Shown: one piece after another, positions 9,107-18,100 of the stretch
How positions within the stretch are numbered: the first letter of the stretch is position 1
Layout of the letters: every line of letters starts with the position of its first letter
Origin: Escherichia phage EPFV3-03/2025
DNA length: 64,000 nucleotides
Reading direction: 5' to 3' (one strand)
Sequence record: PV435126.1
Notes under the pieces: model-generated
Database searches by the model: none
The model's input: the letters and a program-made list of their open reading frames with translations, nothing else
What the model was told of the DNA's origin: nothing
Program-made: the position numbers and the translations under genes

Positions 9107-9505
9107 TCAGTTTAGCTTTTCTTCAACAACCCCATAACTTGGGGCAGAGTCAAGAGCTTTCTGGTTTAAAAGTGGCGTAGCAGAATCTGCAAACGGTGTC
9201 CAAGTTTTTGTTCTGGCATTCCAGTAATGCTTCACTCTAGAATCTGGATGCACTATAACAAAAACTTTTTCACTTGTCAACACATTAATTTCTTCCACAC
9301 CCTTGCTGATAATTTCTCCGTCATATCCTCCGGTCTGGTATCCTTCGTACCAGGTTCTTGCATAGGCATAGCCAGCCTGCCAGCATGCAGCCTCCTCCGA
9401 GGTGGAGACTACGTAGAAGTCTTTCTCAAATTCTGGGATACGCCCTTGCTTTACGCTCCAAGCTCCGCGAATTTTCATTGTAACTTTGAACAGTTTGTTT
9501 TTCAC
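9107..9505 (-). CDS. hypothetical protein, paralog of 6909..7304
   Basis: 132 aa; VIVHPDSRVKHYWNARTKTWTP matches VMRHPHSNIAYYWDVLNNEWTP in 6909..7304. Confidence 0.6.
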   Translation of the reverse strand: MKNKLFKVTMKIRGAWSVKQGRIPEFEKDFYVVSTSEEAACWQAGYAYARTWYEGYQTGGYDGEIISKGVEEINVLTSEKVFVIVHPDSRVKHYWNARTKTWTPFADSATPLLNQKALDSAPSYGVVEEKLN

Positions 9506-9517
9506 AACGGTTACCTA

Positions 9518-9772
9518 TTACAGCTCTACAATATCTGCATCTGACCCTGCCCCAAAGGCATAATAGGACTCTTTCCCGAAATAATATTCAGGTGCACCAG
9601 CGGCGATCAGGTCTGATCCTAAGATAAACACCACGTTGTGGCCTACATAACTATGATGTTGCCGCACAGGATCATCCCACGGTAACCCTTCAAAGTATAC
9701 CGCAGGAACGACCTTTCCCTTCAGGAAGGATTGTCCCAAGTAGACGTTAGAATCAAGAATTTTAACCTTCAT
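9518..9772 (-). CDS. hypothetical small acidic protein (MKVK-L family)
   Basis: 84 aa; MKVKILDSNVYLGQ..GKVV..DLIAAGA..IVEL, paralog of 9762..9989 and 13415..13648. Confidence 0.6.
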   Translation of the reverse strand: MKVKILDSNVYLGQSFLKGKVVPAVYFEGLPWDDPVRQHHSYVGHNVVFILGSDLIAAGAPEYYFGKESYYAFGAGSDADIVEL

Positions 9773-9989
9773 GATCGTCCTCCACTATCTCTACATCCTC
9801 ACCTAGGGCAAAGTTGTAGGTCCACTGACTGTCAAAGCAGTCCTGAGATGCACCAGCGGCAATAAGATCTGCTCCTTTTATTTTTAAAAGGTCAGGGTAA
9901 TCTTCGTTAGGGACAGCAGTAAACACTTTTCCTACTAAAGGCTCCTGACCAATATAGAAGCTTGAATCTAAAACTTTAACTTTCATCAA
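9762..9989 (-). CDS. hypothetical small acidic protein (MKVK-L family)
   Basis: 75 aa; MMKVKVLDSSFYIGQ..GKVF..DLIAAGA..EIVED; overlaps neighbour by about 10 nt. Confidence 0.6.
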   Translation of the reverse strand: MMKVKVLDSSFYIGQEPLVGKVFTAVPNEDYPDLLKIKGADLIAAGASQDCFDSQWTYNFALGEDVEIVEDDHEG

Positions 9990-10273
9990 CGGTCTCCATC
10001 AGGTGGTTGTGGGACGTAAACACTGTTACGAATATCGTCCGCAGTATAGTAATAAGTGTCTCCAACCCTATCTCTGGCTGCAATGTACTCTGCTATACCA
10101 ATAAGTGCCATTGATTTGGTGGCGTATCTTCCCAACTCGTTAGCTCCCCAGTAGAATTTAGACCAATAGGGAATAAGACCGAACAAATATACCTTTTGAC
10201 GAACTTCCCAGTAAGTGCCTTTCCCGACAAGTTTAAACTCGACTTCACCACTGTTAATCTTTTTCATTATCAA
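9986..10273 (-). CDS. hypothetical protein
   Basis: 95-aa ORF, start overlaps previous stop. Confidence 0.5.
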   Translation of the reverse strand: MIMKKINSGEVEFKLVGKGTYWEVRQKVYLFGLIPYWSKFYWGANELGRYATKSMALIGIAEYIAARDRVGDTYYYTADDIRNSVYVPQPPDGDR

Positions 10274-10566
10274 TCTCCCTCCACCGTGGTCGGATTGTCA
10301 GTAAGAAATTGAGCATTAGCTGGAGGCACACCTGACATTTTCCACACAACCATAAGTTTGTAACCCGGAACCCTATTAAGTGCAGATCGAGTAGAGTTTG
10401 TGCACGTATACTTTCGCTTTCCAAACCCGTTCTCCATCATAATCCAGTACCCAGTATCTTTGTCACCAGGTATCGGTAGACCACCTTCATCAACCCACTG
10501 AATGGACCACGGCACGATGGCTACAGCTTTATATTTAAACTTTTTAAACCACTCAAAAAGTTTCAT
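10270..10566 (-). CDS. hypothetical protein
   Basis: 98-aa ORF. Confidence 0.5.
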   Translation of the reverse strand: MKLFEWFKKFKYKAVAIVPWSIQWVDEGGLPIPGDKDTGYWIMMENGFGKRKYTCTNSTRSALNRVPGYKLMVVWKMSGVPPANAQFLTDNPTTVEGD

Positions 10567-10661
10567 AATTCAGCCCCGCATAGACATAATCACTATAAAC
10601 AGGCAAATAATAAATCCGAATGCCACGCCACCCATAAACGTTAATATTGATGCAATCATAG

Positions 10662-10847
10662 TCAATCAGCCTCGCTTGGCAACTCTTCTACCTTAACATG
10701 CCGAAAAGTGTTACCGTAATGGTTGATCCATGACATCAGCTCGCTTTCTTGCTCTTCCTCTGGGATGAACTCTCGAATGCTGACAAGTTTTAAGAAAACC
10801 CAATCACAATCTGCACCCATTCTACCAGACAGGCAATAGTGCTTCAT
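10662..10847 (-). CDS. hypothetical protein
   Basis: 61-aa ORF, weak. Confidence 0.35.
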   Translation of the reverse strand: MKHYCLSGRMGADCDWVFLKLVSIREFIPEEEQESELMSWINHYGNTFRHVKVEELPSEAD

Positions 10848-10865
10848 AAAACCCTCCCGCCTGGT

Positions 10866-11060
10866 TTAGAATATTGCTTCTTCCATTGCACCTGAGAGCA
10901 ACAAAGAGGTGATCTGGCTAACATTCATCTCAGACTCTACTTCCTCCCCTTTGAAAGGTTCGCGGCAGAATAGGACTGTTTCAGGACTTTTACTTCGAAC
11001 AATATAATACAAATCATTCAATGTGTTGTAGTAATAAGTGTTAAAACGTAAGTTTTTCAT
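10866..11060 (-). CDS. hypothetical protein
   Basis: 64-aa ORF. Confidence 0.4.
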   Translation of the reverse strand: MKNLRFNTYYYNTLNDLYYIVRSKSPETVLFCREPFKGEEVESEMNVSQITSLLLSGAMEEAIF

Positions 11061-11344
11061 TTTCTAGTCCCCTTCTTAGATTTTTGTGTAGAAACGCTTT
11101 CTGCAATACGAGACAAACGTTCTTCTGAAGCCTTGCCTATTCCAGGTTTTTTGAGTGGATTATCTTTATGACCACAATCCAATTGGATATTGGATACCTC
11201 TCCAACCTTGTAAGTCAATTCTAGCAAAAGGTTGTCGTCCTTGTCAAATGTTCTTACGATAAATTTTTTATCGTTCTCCTGAACTTCATATCTGGTACCT
11301 GCAGTATACAGCATGGTGCCATCAGCATAGGATATCCAGATCAT
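11057..11344 (-). CDS. hypothetical protein
   Basis: 95-aa ORF with basic C-terminus. Confidence 0.5.
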   Translation of the reverse strand: MIWISYADGTMLYTAGTRYEVQENDKKFIVRTFDKDDNLLLELTYKVGEVSNIQLDCGHKDNPLKKPGIGKASEERLSRIAESVSTQKSKKGTRK

Positions 11345-11706
11345 TGAGCCTCCTTCTGCTGCAACAGCATTAACTCTTTGTTAGAGATCTTTACTGCTGT
11401 TTTTATTGTTCCGTCTTTACGGAACCACGACCAGAACTCTACAGTGTCCCCACTATCAAGCAAAGCATACCCGTGGTAGAAGTCTTTGTCCTTAGACAGT
11501 TTCTCATCTATGTCTGCATCGACACATTCGTGATCCATAGCATTTTGCCTGAATGCATCGGTTATGCCAATGCACGCCTTGCTCTCAAGACTGGTATATC
11601 CGGTATCTTTTAATTCGGTTTCCCAAACCCAGTATCCTGCAAAAGCTACGACAGTTACCAGCCCCATAGCAGCTACCAACTTTAATACCGATTTAATCTT
11701 TGCCAT
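11341..11706 (-). CDS. hypothetical membrane-anchored protein
   Basis: 121 aa with N-terminal hydrophobic segment LVAAMGLVTVVAFAGYWVW. Confidence 0.5.
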   Translation of the reverse strand: MAKIKSVLKLVAAMGLVTVVAFAGYWVWETELKDTGYTSLESKACIGITDAFRQNAMDHECVDADIDEKLSKDKDFYHGYALLDSGDTVEFWSWFRKDGTIKTAVKISNKELMLLQQKEAQ

Positions 11707-11766
11707 TCTCTCTACCTCTTTCTTAACTTATTTAACTATGGCACATCCTTTGTGCCTCATTGCACA

Positions 11767-12228
11767 CTACTTAAACAACAATTCAAAATAGTGAAAAATT
11801 AACAGAAGTTGAATTACGCCCAGCACAACGGCAAGTATGTTAATCTTAGAATCAAAAAACTTCTTAACTTTTACTCTAAAAGGTTCCTTAATGTCCTTTA
11901 CGATCCTATCTATAGATGACCTCATATCTCTGATTACCATCCTGAACATTAAAGACGGATGATCCTTCTCTGTAACGGAATCGAAAACATACTCTCTTTG
12001 ATCATAAGGGCCGCCAGCTCTGCGTATTAACCTCTCCACAGAGACCTCGAACGTCACACCTGTAACGTAATCATCTATGACAAGTAGTGACGGGTCTTTA
12101 CCATCAAGAGGCATCAAAGTTATCTTTCCAGATTTTGTTAAAATTTCTCCTTTTTCAAGTAAGGTGTACCAATGCTCTCTGCCAAGGCTGTTGAGGCACG
12201 TTTTTACATATTTAACAAACATCGTCAC
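11767..12228 (-). CDS. hypothetical protein with C-terminal hydrophobic segment
   Basis: 153-aa ORF; C-terminal ILAVVLGVIQLLLIF. Confidence 0.5.
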   Translation of the reverse strand: MTMFVKYVKTCLNSLGREHWYTLLEKGEILTKSGKITLMPLDGKDPSLLVIDDYVTGVTFEVSVERLIRRAGGPYDQREYVFDSVTEKDHPSLMFRMVIRDMRSSIDRIVKDIKEPFRVKVKKFFDSKINILAVVLGVIQLLLIFHYFELLFK

Positions 12229-12428
12229 CCCTCATCGCACGTCTGATATAACCACTCTATGAAATCTTGATACCATTCGCCCTCTGAGCGCTCCGTAGGC
12301 CAATAATCTTCACCCTCTCGTGCATTAAAATCTGAGTATTCAACTTTCCACTCCTTTACCAGCTCGTGGAGAAGGTTTTCAGCCTGCTCTAAAGATTTAT
12401 TTTTTACCATTGCTGTCTCCTTTTTCAA
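12225..12428 (-). CDS. hypothetical protein
   Basis: 67-aa ORF. Confidence 0.45.
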   Translation of the reverse strand: MKKETAMVKNKSLEQAENLLHELVKEWKVEYSDFNAREGEDYWPTERSEGEWYQDFIEWLYQTCDEG

Positions 12429-12629
12429 GATAGTTATACATCAGAACTGCACCACCTAAGATGGCTACCAGTAACAATATCCCAGATAGCATCTCAATAA
12501 ACATGGCTTGAAACACTGAAAGGTCTCCCTAAATTAACGCACCATTTTAAATACATGCTCTTTTCCCATAAAGGTGCCTGGCTAAGATCTGCGTAGAACG
12601 CAATCTCTTTAAGAACAGTATAGATAGTT

Positions 12630-12857
12630 TTAGGTGCGGTCTCCATCCCTACTCTCCTTCCGGATATTCTTGTAGTAATCGACTAGGCACATTATTACGA
12701 TGAAGATAACAACAGGCCAAAAAGGTGCAGCAGTGATGATGGTGATAAAATCATCAAACTTCACCCTTCGTCTGGACACGATGCATATACCTGTCAAGAA
12801 TACCGCTGTTATAACGGATATTACCAAGTAACCTATTAGCACAACATTTATACTCAT
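12630..12857 (-). CDS. hypothetical small membrane protein (two hydrophobic segments)
   Basis: 75 aa; two predicted TM stretches then a charged C-terminus, a holin-like architecture but not adjacent to lysis genes. Confidence 0.45.
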   Translation of the reverse strand: MSINVVLIGYLVISVITAVFLTGICIVSRRRVKFDDFITIITAAPFWPVVIFIVIMCLVDYYKNIRKESRDGDRT

Positions 12858-12887
12858 TAGCCCTCCCTTTGTAGGTTAAATTTTATA

Positions 12888-13418
12888 CTACAGATGGTTG
12901 CTTATGGTGTCAAGAAAATTATCCCGTTCTTTCTTGGAGTTTTCACGGGTGTAGCTGAAAAACATATCTAGAATAACCTTATTGATATATTCCAGCTCCT
13001 CTGTGTTCAGGTACTTAGCAGGATCTACAATGACATCCCAAGTCTCATACAGACCGCACTCATGATAACCCCAACGCTGCTCAATTGTCAAGCTGAGCGG
13101 CAAATCTTTACCGTCACAAACAACCTTCCATCTACAAATGCTGGTATCTGGGCACACCTGTGTACGGTATACCTGTACAAAATCCAATCTGAATTTGAGG
13201 TACTCGTCATACAATTTAAGCACAAAGCTCTCGATTTGTGGAGACACTTTTGCAGCAAACTGTGCGTATTTATACTTGCACTGGATGATCTTTCTGCGTT
13301 TTGCAGTTAAATTTTTTGCAGCCAGTTGTTCTTCAGTGTATCTCCACCGATCAACAAACGCAACAGGGTCTTTGTCCCCATAAAGGTCTTCCCAGTTAAT
13401 CAGAAGCATACCTGTCAC
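12888..13418 (-). CDS. hypothetical protein
   Basis: 176-aa ORF. Confidence 0.55.
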   Translation of the reverse strand: MTGMLLINWEDLYGDKDPVAFVDRWRYTEEQLAAKNLTAKRRKIIQCKYKYAQFAAKVSPQIESFVLKLYDEYLKFRLDFVQVYRTQVCPDTSICRWKVVCDGKDLPLSLTIEQRWGYHECGLYETWDVIVDPAKYLNTEELEYINKVILDMFFSYTRENSKKERDNFLDTISNHL

Positions 13419-13648
13419 TCCTCCACAACTTCAAGACCTTTACCGCCTCGCTCTGGCAGATTACTTAAAGACAGGTAATACGTATAGTCAGGAGAGATCC
13501 TGCCAGACTCTGCACCTGCAGATAGTAAATCTTTTCCCTTAACCATGACAACATTATCGTTTGCAGATAGTCGTTTTGCTTCCACAATTTTACCAACGCA
13601 GTCAACCAAGGAAGGGTACCCTAAATCTGTAAGAAATTTAACTTTCAT
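13415..13648 (-). CDS. hypothetical small acidic protein (MKVK-L family)
   Basis: 77 aa; MKVKFLTDLGY..GKIVEA..DLLSAGA..LEVVEE. Confidence 0.6.
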   Translation of the reverse strand: MKVKFLTDLGYPSLVDCVGKIVEAKRLSANDNVVMVKGKDLLSAGAESGRISPDYTYYLSLSNLPERGGKGLEVVEE

Positions 13649-13687
13649 GCTACCTCCTACTTCTACCGTCCCTGGTAAGATAAATTA

Positions 13688-14086
13688 TTACTGAACAAAG
13701 CGCGGAGCTGGGAAGGATAACTCTTCTAAAGAGAAGATTTCATTCCCCACAATCCATGTTGCAGGATCATCTGGGTTGACTGGATAGATAATCATCACCT
13801 CGTCAGTGTTACATACCCGCTTTTTACCTGTGGAGTCATCAGCAACCAGCATGCGCGGTTCTTCAGAAATGCACAAGTATCCTCCTCGGCCCACTGTTCC
13901 TTCCACAGGATCTTGTCCTTTGATCACGATGATTATCTTCTCTCCTGAGGCGATATTACCTTGCACACTCACCGTTTGACCAACCTTGGATGTGCCAATC
14001 TTAGTGACTTCGAACATTACATCCCGAATTACTGTTGCATAATCGCCAGACACTTTCTTACCTTCTTTAGTGATCTCAATCTTCAT
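13688..14086 (-). CDS. hypothetical protein
   Basis: 132-aa ORF starting MKIEITKEG. Confidence 0.55.
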   Translation of the reverse strand: MKIEITKEGKKVSGDYATVIRDVMFEVTKIGTSKVGQTVSVQGNIASGEKIIIVIKGQDPVEGTVGRGGYLCISEEPRMLVADDSTGKKRVCNTDEVMIIYPVNPDDPATWIVGNEIFSLEELSFPAPRFVQ

Positions 14087-14322
14087 ACACTGGGCTCCTT
14101 AAATGAATCTATGTAATCAATTAAATCCCAAGCATCCCTATGACCTGTCAGAGGGTATACTTCTCCAAGAGGGATCATAGCAATAAGTCTATCAAAAACC
14201 CAGTCTGGACGCAACATTTTATGATGATATTCCCACTCACCTTCTACAGACTTTTTCTGAGTGATCAGAATCTCTGTGTAGTGTTTTGCCTGTCTTGAGT
14301 AGATTGAAAATGACTTGTACAT
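14083..14322 (-). CDS. hypothetical protein
   Basis: 79-aa ORF. Confidence 0.5.
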   Translation of the reverse strand: MYKSFSIYSRQAKHYTEILITQKKSVEGEWEYHHKMLRPDWVFDRLIAMIPLGEVYPLTGHRDAWDLIDYIDSFKEPSV

Positions 14323-14359
14323 AGATGACCCCCCCTCTTGTTGAAAACAAAATACACTA

Positions 14360-14644
14360 CTACCAGGTTACTGTCAAGTAGGCAACCGTGTTATTTTTCT
14401 CCGGAGAGATGCCAACAACATCCACCTGCAGACCTCCTGCCCTCAAATCCCCAACGATGTGTGGGAAGTAGTCTGAGAGGTGCGATGGGAGATTTATCGA
14501 AAATCCGCATCCCAGAAAGCCTGCTAACGCTTTATTTTGTATCTCCCCTACAATCGCATCATAAATGGAGTTAAGCTCGTCAGGGAGCGTTACAGGGCGT
14601 TTTAGCGCTAACTGGTGCAACTTGTCCTTAGCACTCATTTTCAT
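14360..14644 (-). CDS. hypothetical protein
   Basis: ORF 14360..14713 trimmed to internal start MKMSAKDK, which abuts the upstream stop. Confidence 0.45.
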   Translation of the reverse strand: MKMSAKDKLHQLALKRPVTLPDELNSIYDAIVGEIQNKALAGFLGCGFSINLPSHLSDYFPHIVGDLRAGGLQVDVVGISPEKNNTVAYLTVTW

Positions 14645-15174
14645 TTCAGGTCTACCTCTGGAGGTGCCAACCACATAAATGGCGGCAGGTCTAAACGGTT
14701 CTTCTTGTCCCACACAAAATATGCATATGCTTGCCCGTCAGTTCTGCCATTTGATTGGAATGATGGACGCTTAGATATTGTGATCACAGTGGTAGGTGCA
14801 TTATCAAGCCACCATTCAAATCTGGCTTTGCTTTCCAGAAAATTAAGACGCAAAAGCATAATAACTACGTCAGCATCTTTCAACGCCTTGTCTACAAACT
14901 CACGAGCCAGGCTGTACGGTGGGTTGGTGATAATACAGTCAACATGGTTGTATTCTGTATTCAGATAGTCAACACCTTCTTGGATTTCTCCCCATGCAGA
15001 TCCTAACGGCATACGGGAGTAGAACACACCTGAGGCGCTATTTCTGCAAGGCTCTAGGTAGGTCCAGTCTTCTGGGAACGGAATAAGGTCATACAGCCCT
15101 TCTGCACACCACTCCGGTGTCACATACTCGTCGTAAGCGTTACGTTGTTCATCAGGTTTTCTAGCACAAGTCAT
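14641..15174 (-). CDS. DNA methyltransferase (amino-methyltransferase, NPPY motif)
   Basis: 177 aa containing IITNPPYS, the motif IV of N6-adenine/N4-cytosine methyltransferases. Confidence 0.7.
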   Translation of the reverse strand: MTCARKPDEQRNAYDEYVTPEWCAEGLYDLIPFPEDWTYLEPCRNSASGVFYSRMPLGSAWGEIQEGVDYLNTEYNHVDCIITNPPYSLAREFVDKALKDADVVIMLLRLNFLESKARFEWWLDNAPTTVITISKRPSFQSNGRTDGQAYAYFVWDKKNRLDLPPFMWLAPPEVDLK

Positions 15175-15190
15175 GCAAATCTCCAGATCA

Positions 15191-15214
15191 TAAAAGCCCT
15201 CCGAAGAGGGCTTT
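15191..15214 (-). terminator. hairpin terminator (minus strand)
   Basis: gccctc/gagggc stem with cgaa loop flanked by A/T runs, downstream of the gene ending at 15226. Confidence 0.5.
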
Positions 15215-15225
15215 AGAATTAATGT

Positions 15226-16275
15226 TTAAGCTTCTTCGACAATTCCTGCACCCAGGATTTTTTCATTGAGCTCTTTTGCTGTTTTAATAATATTGTCCAC
15301 CAGACGCTTGCGGGTCTTATCTTTAACCTGAACTTCTTCACCTCCGTTCAGGGTGGTTTTCAATTGGGACAAAATGTCCTGAAGCTCTACCACAGAGAAT
15401 CGCTGCAGATCTTCCGAGGTAATCTCACCAAGTGCAATCTTAACGGTCTCACCGCTCTCCATCTGTAGATTCAGGAACACAGTGTGAACATCACCTTTCA
15501 CACCATTTGCTTTTGCAGACTCAACAGCATGAACCAGCTCGTCCAGAGATGTGCATTGGTGAATCTCTGGCAGGCCTGCTTCACCTAGCACACCTTCTTC
15601 ATCACTTTTTGCCAAAAGCTTTTTCGGTTTCTGTCCATTCTGAATGCGCTGAATGTTTTCATCGTCCAGAATGATAGCACCAGTTCGAGATGCCAGCTCT
15701 TCTCCATCTAACCACACTTCGCCACCAGCTGTGATGGATGCGATTTCATCTTCTGTTAACACCCCACCGTAGTATTTTTCAATCAGGCGTTCAAAACGTT
15801 TCTTCCAGTAGTTGATCTGGGTATTCATGTTCACACCGTTACCATAGGTGCCACCTTGATAGTAGTGGAACATAAATTCTGTGTCCGGAGCTACAGTTCG
15901 TTCTTTGCAACCCAGCCATAAGATTGTTCCTGCCGAGCAGCACATCCCTTCAGCGTGTACAACAACGCTTGCCTGAGACTCGCGGAATGCCTGCAAATAC
16001 GCCATAGCAATGTGAACGCAACCACCGGGGCTGTTAATGATTACACGGATACTTTCTTCTGGCTGTGCCATACGAATTGTTTGCAAACGGGACATATGAT
16101 CCTGCAAATCTTCAAGATCGTCAATATAAAGAACGTGGTCAACAACAGGTGTTGGGTAGCTGTATGTTTCCATAATACCACCCGGCATACCAAACATTTT
16201 GTTACTCATAGGTTCGAAACCGTTCTGTTTTTCTTTCATGCCGTGTACCATGGTGCTGCGAGGTGTTAAATTCAT
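15226..16275 (-). CDS. ClpP-like serine protease with C-terminal extension
   Basis: 349 aa; INSPGGCVHIAMAYLQ...HAEGMCCSAGTILW resembles the ClpP/S14 core; about 150 extra C-terminal residues. Confidence 0.7.
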   Translation of the reverse strand: MNLTPRSTMVHGMKEKQNGFEPMSNKMFGMPGGIMETYSYPTPVVDHVLYIDDLEDLQDHMSRLQTIRMAQPEESIRVIINSPGGCVHIAMAYLQAFRESQASVVVHAEGMCCSAGTILWLGCKERTVAPDTEFMFHYYQGGTYGNGVNMNTQINYWKKRFERLIEKYYGGVLTEDEIASITAGGEVWLDGEELASRTGAIILDDENIQRIQNGQKPKKLLAKSDEEGVLGEAGLPEIHQCTSLDELVHAVESAKANGVKGDVHTVFLNLQMESGETVKIALGEITSEDLQRFSVVELQDILSQLKTTLNGGEEVQVKDKTRKRLVDNIIKTAKELNEKILGAGIVEEA

Positions 16276-16335
16276 GAGAAATCCTTAATATTGGAAGTTG
16301 AAAGCTATTTATTTAAACCTGATTCACATTTACCT

Positions 16336-16695
16336 TTATTTAGCAATCACTATAGAATACTTACGATTGTCAGAAGCATCACAGCTCAATGATTGCCAGT
16401 CTACCACATACCACGTATCATTGTCAACAATTACTTTATCGCCTGTTCTGTAGCAGGTGCTGCTTTCAATAATCCTAGACTCGATAAAGAATCTGTGTCG
16501 GCGCTCACGTAGCAACGCTAAGTTGATTATATTACCACCACTGTCCTTGGTCCACACATTCTTGGATCCTTTATTTGCCAAAATTGTCTCGCCGTTATAT
16601 ACAAACAGGCAGTATATTTTATTCAGTCTCTCTTGTATTGTAGCCATACTGTGTCCTTCTCCTTGTTTTGTCCAATAATAATATCTAAAGCTCAC
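16336..16695 (-). CDS. hypothetical protein
   Basis: 119-aa ORF; TTGACA-N17-TATTAT promoter-like motif upstream. Confidence 0.45.
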   Translation of the reverse strand: MSFRYYYWTKQGEGHSMATIQERLNKIYCLFVYNGETILANKGSKNVWTKDSGGNIINLALLRERRHRFFIESRIIESSTCYRTGDKVIVDNDTWYVVDWQSLSCDASDNRKYSIVIAK

Positions 16696-16750
16696 CTGTT
16701 TGTCAACAACTGTTTTAGATATTTAAGGGTGGAATAACCACCCTTCTGTA

Positions 16751-17539
16751 TTACTCGGAAACAGGAGTCCAAATATGATTTGCACGATCCTCAATAAGAT
16801 TGAGTGCAATCTGACGGCCTAACCCGGAACGAACGACATCGTCTGGACTATCAAAGCTAATCATTCCAACCTCAGGATCTGGATGACGCGTAAAGAAATC
16901 TGTCACCCATGCAAGGCCAGATTTACCAGGGATGTCACGTTGGCTGTTATCGCCCATAATTACAAGGGTGGCCTGATCAGAGATCCTTGTGATAATTGAC
17001 AACATTTCTTCAGGATTGGTTTGCTGTGCTTCATCAATAAGGACAAAGCATCGTTCATCAAAACTACGACCACGAATGCTTTCAACCTCACAAATCTCGA
17101 TACGGCTGTTCTGACCGTCCCCAAGCATTGCTGCAAAAGCACCTTTGCCAACACGACGACAAATCGTGTCCATCATGCTTCTAAGATAGGGCCACAGTTT
17201 CTGCATTGCATTTCCAGGTTTAAATCCTGAAGTCTTTCCTGTCTGAACGTAAGGGCGTGCAACAATGATCTTATCAATCTCGTTCTTGCGCAGAAGATCC
17301 CCCGCATATGCAGATGCCATGAATGTCTTACCGGATCCAAACACACCGTTTACAATGATAATCTTACGCGACCCTAGATAATCAAGATACTTTTGCTGCT
17401 TTTTATTCATTGGTCGGAGAGCTGGAGCGGTGTGCTCTCGTTCGTCAGCAAATTTTTCAGCAGCCTTACGCAGGCGATCAGATTTGCGAGCCTCTCTAGC
17501 TTCATCACGCATGCGTTTTGTTTCTTTAGCTCGACCCAT
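16751..17539 (-). CDS. phoH: PhoH-like ATPase
   Basis: 262 aa; Walker A GVFGSGKT and overall PhoH-like organisation. Confidence 0.85.
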   Translation of the reverse strand: MGRAKETKRMRDEAREARKSDRLRKAAEKFADEREHTAPALRPMNKKQQKYLDYLGSRKIIIVNGVFGSGKTFMASAYAGDLLRKNEIDKIIVARPYVQTGKTSGFKPGNAMQKLWPYLRSMMDTICRRVGKGAFAAMLGDGQNSRIEICEVESIRGRSFDERCFVLIDEAQQTNPEEMLSIITRISDQATLVIMGDNSQRDIPGKSGLAWVTDFFTRHPDPEVGMISFDSPDDVVRSGLGRQIALNLIEDRANHIWTPVSE

Positions 17540-17577
17540 GTTGGGACTCCTTTCAGATTGAGATGTGCCAAGTACTT

Positions 17578-17928
17578 TTACTGCAATAGTTTTTCAATAG
17601 CCGCTTCCATGCTGCTTGCAACAGCCTGAACTCGGATATTCATCTCTTCTTGGTGGATCAGCTCCTTAAGCTCTTTAATGGTAAATTCTTTAGAGAAACC
17701 TTCCACCATAATCTTGTGTAAGGCTTCTTGCGTATCTACCTGCAAGAACTTTTCCAGTTTGTTGGCAGAGGCTTCTAAATCAGCCCGAATACGAGGGTCA
17801 TCTGTGCGATTCAGCATCAGGCGTAAGCCATCAAGATTAGTAGAAATAGCGTCTGCATGTTGAGTAACTAACCGTGGCAAAATGAGATCTACAAACTTAT
17901 TAGCCAAATCGATACGTTCTTGTGTCAC
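17578..17928 (-). CDS. hypothetical protein
   Basis: 116-aa ORF, probably GTG-initiated. Confidence 0.5.
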   Translation of the reverse strand: MTQERIDLANKFVDLILPRLVTQHADAISTNLDGLRLMLNRTDDPRIRADLEASANKLEKFLQVDTQEALHKIMVEGFSKEFTIKELKELIHQEEMNIRVQAVASSMEAAIEKLLQ

Positions 17929-18038
17929 TGTTGCACCCCCTCTTCATCCTCATGATGTTTCTTTTCACGCTTGTGTTTTTTCTTAAGCTCAAGCGCAATC
18001 TCTTTTTTGTACGCCTTCTTCAAGGCCTTTTTAGCCAT
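17926..18038 (-). CDS. small lysine-rich protein (about 37 aa, below the ORF-track cutoff)
   Basis: ATG preceded by gaggagg RBS; translation MAKKALKKAYKKEIALELKKKHKREKK..; consensus TTGACA-N17-TATAAT promoter upstream on the minus strand. Confidence 0.4.
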
Positions 18039-18100
18039 TTGGCACCTCCTCTGCTTTCATTACGCTAATTATAACCAACTTAACAAGACTTTGTCAACAA

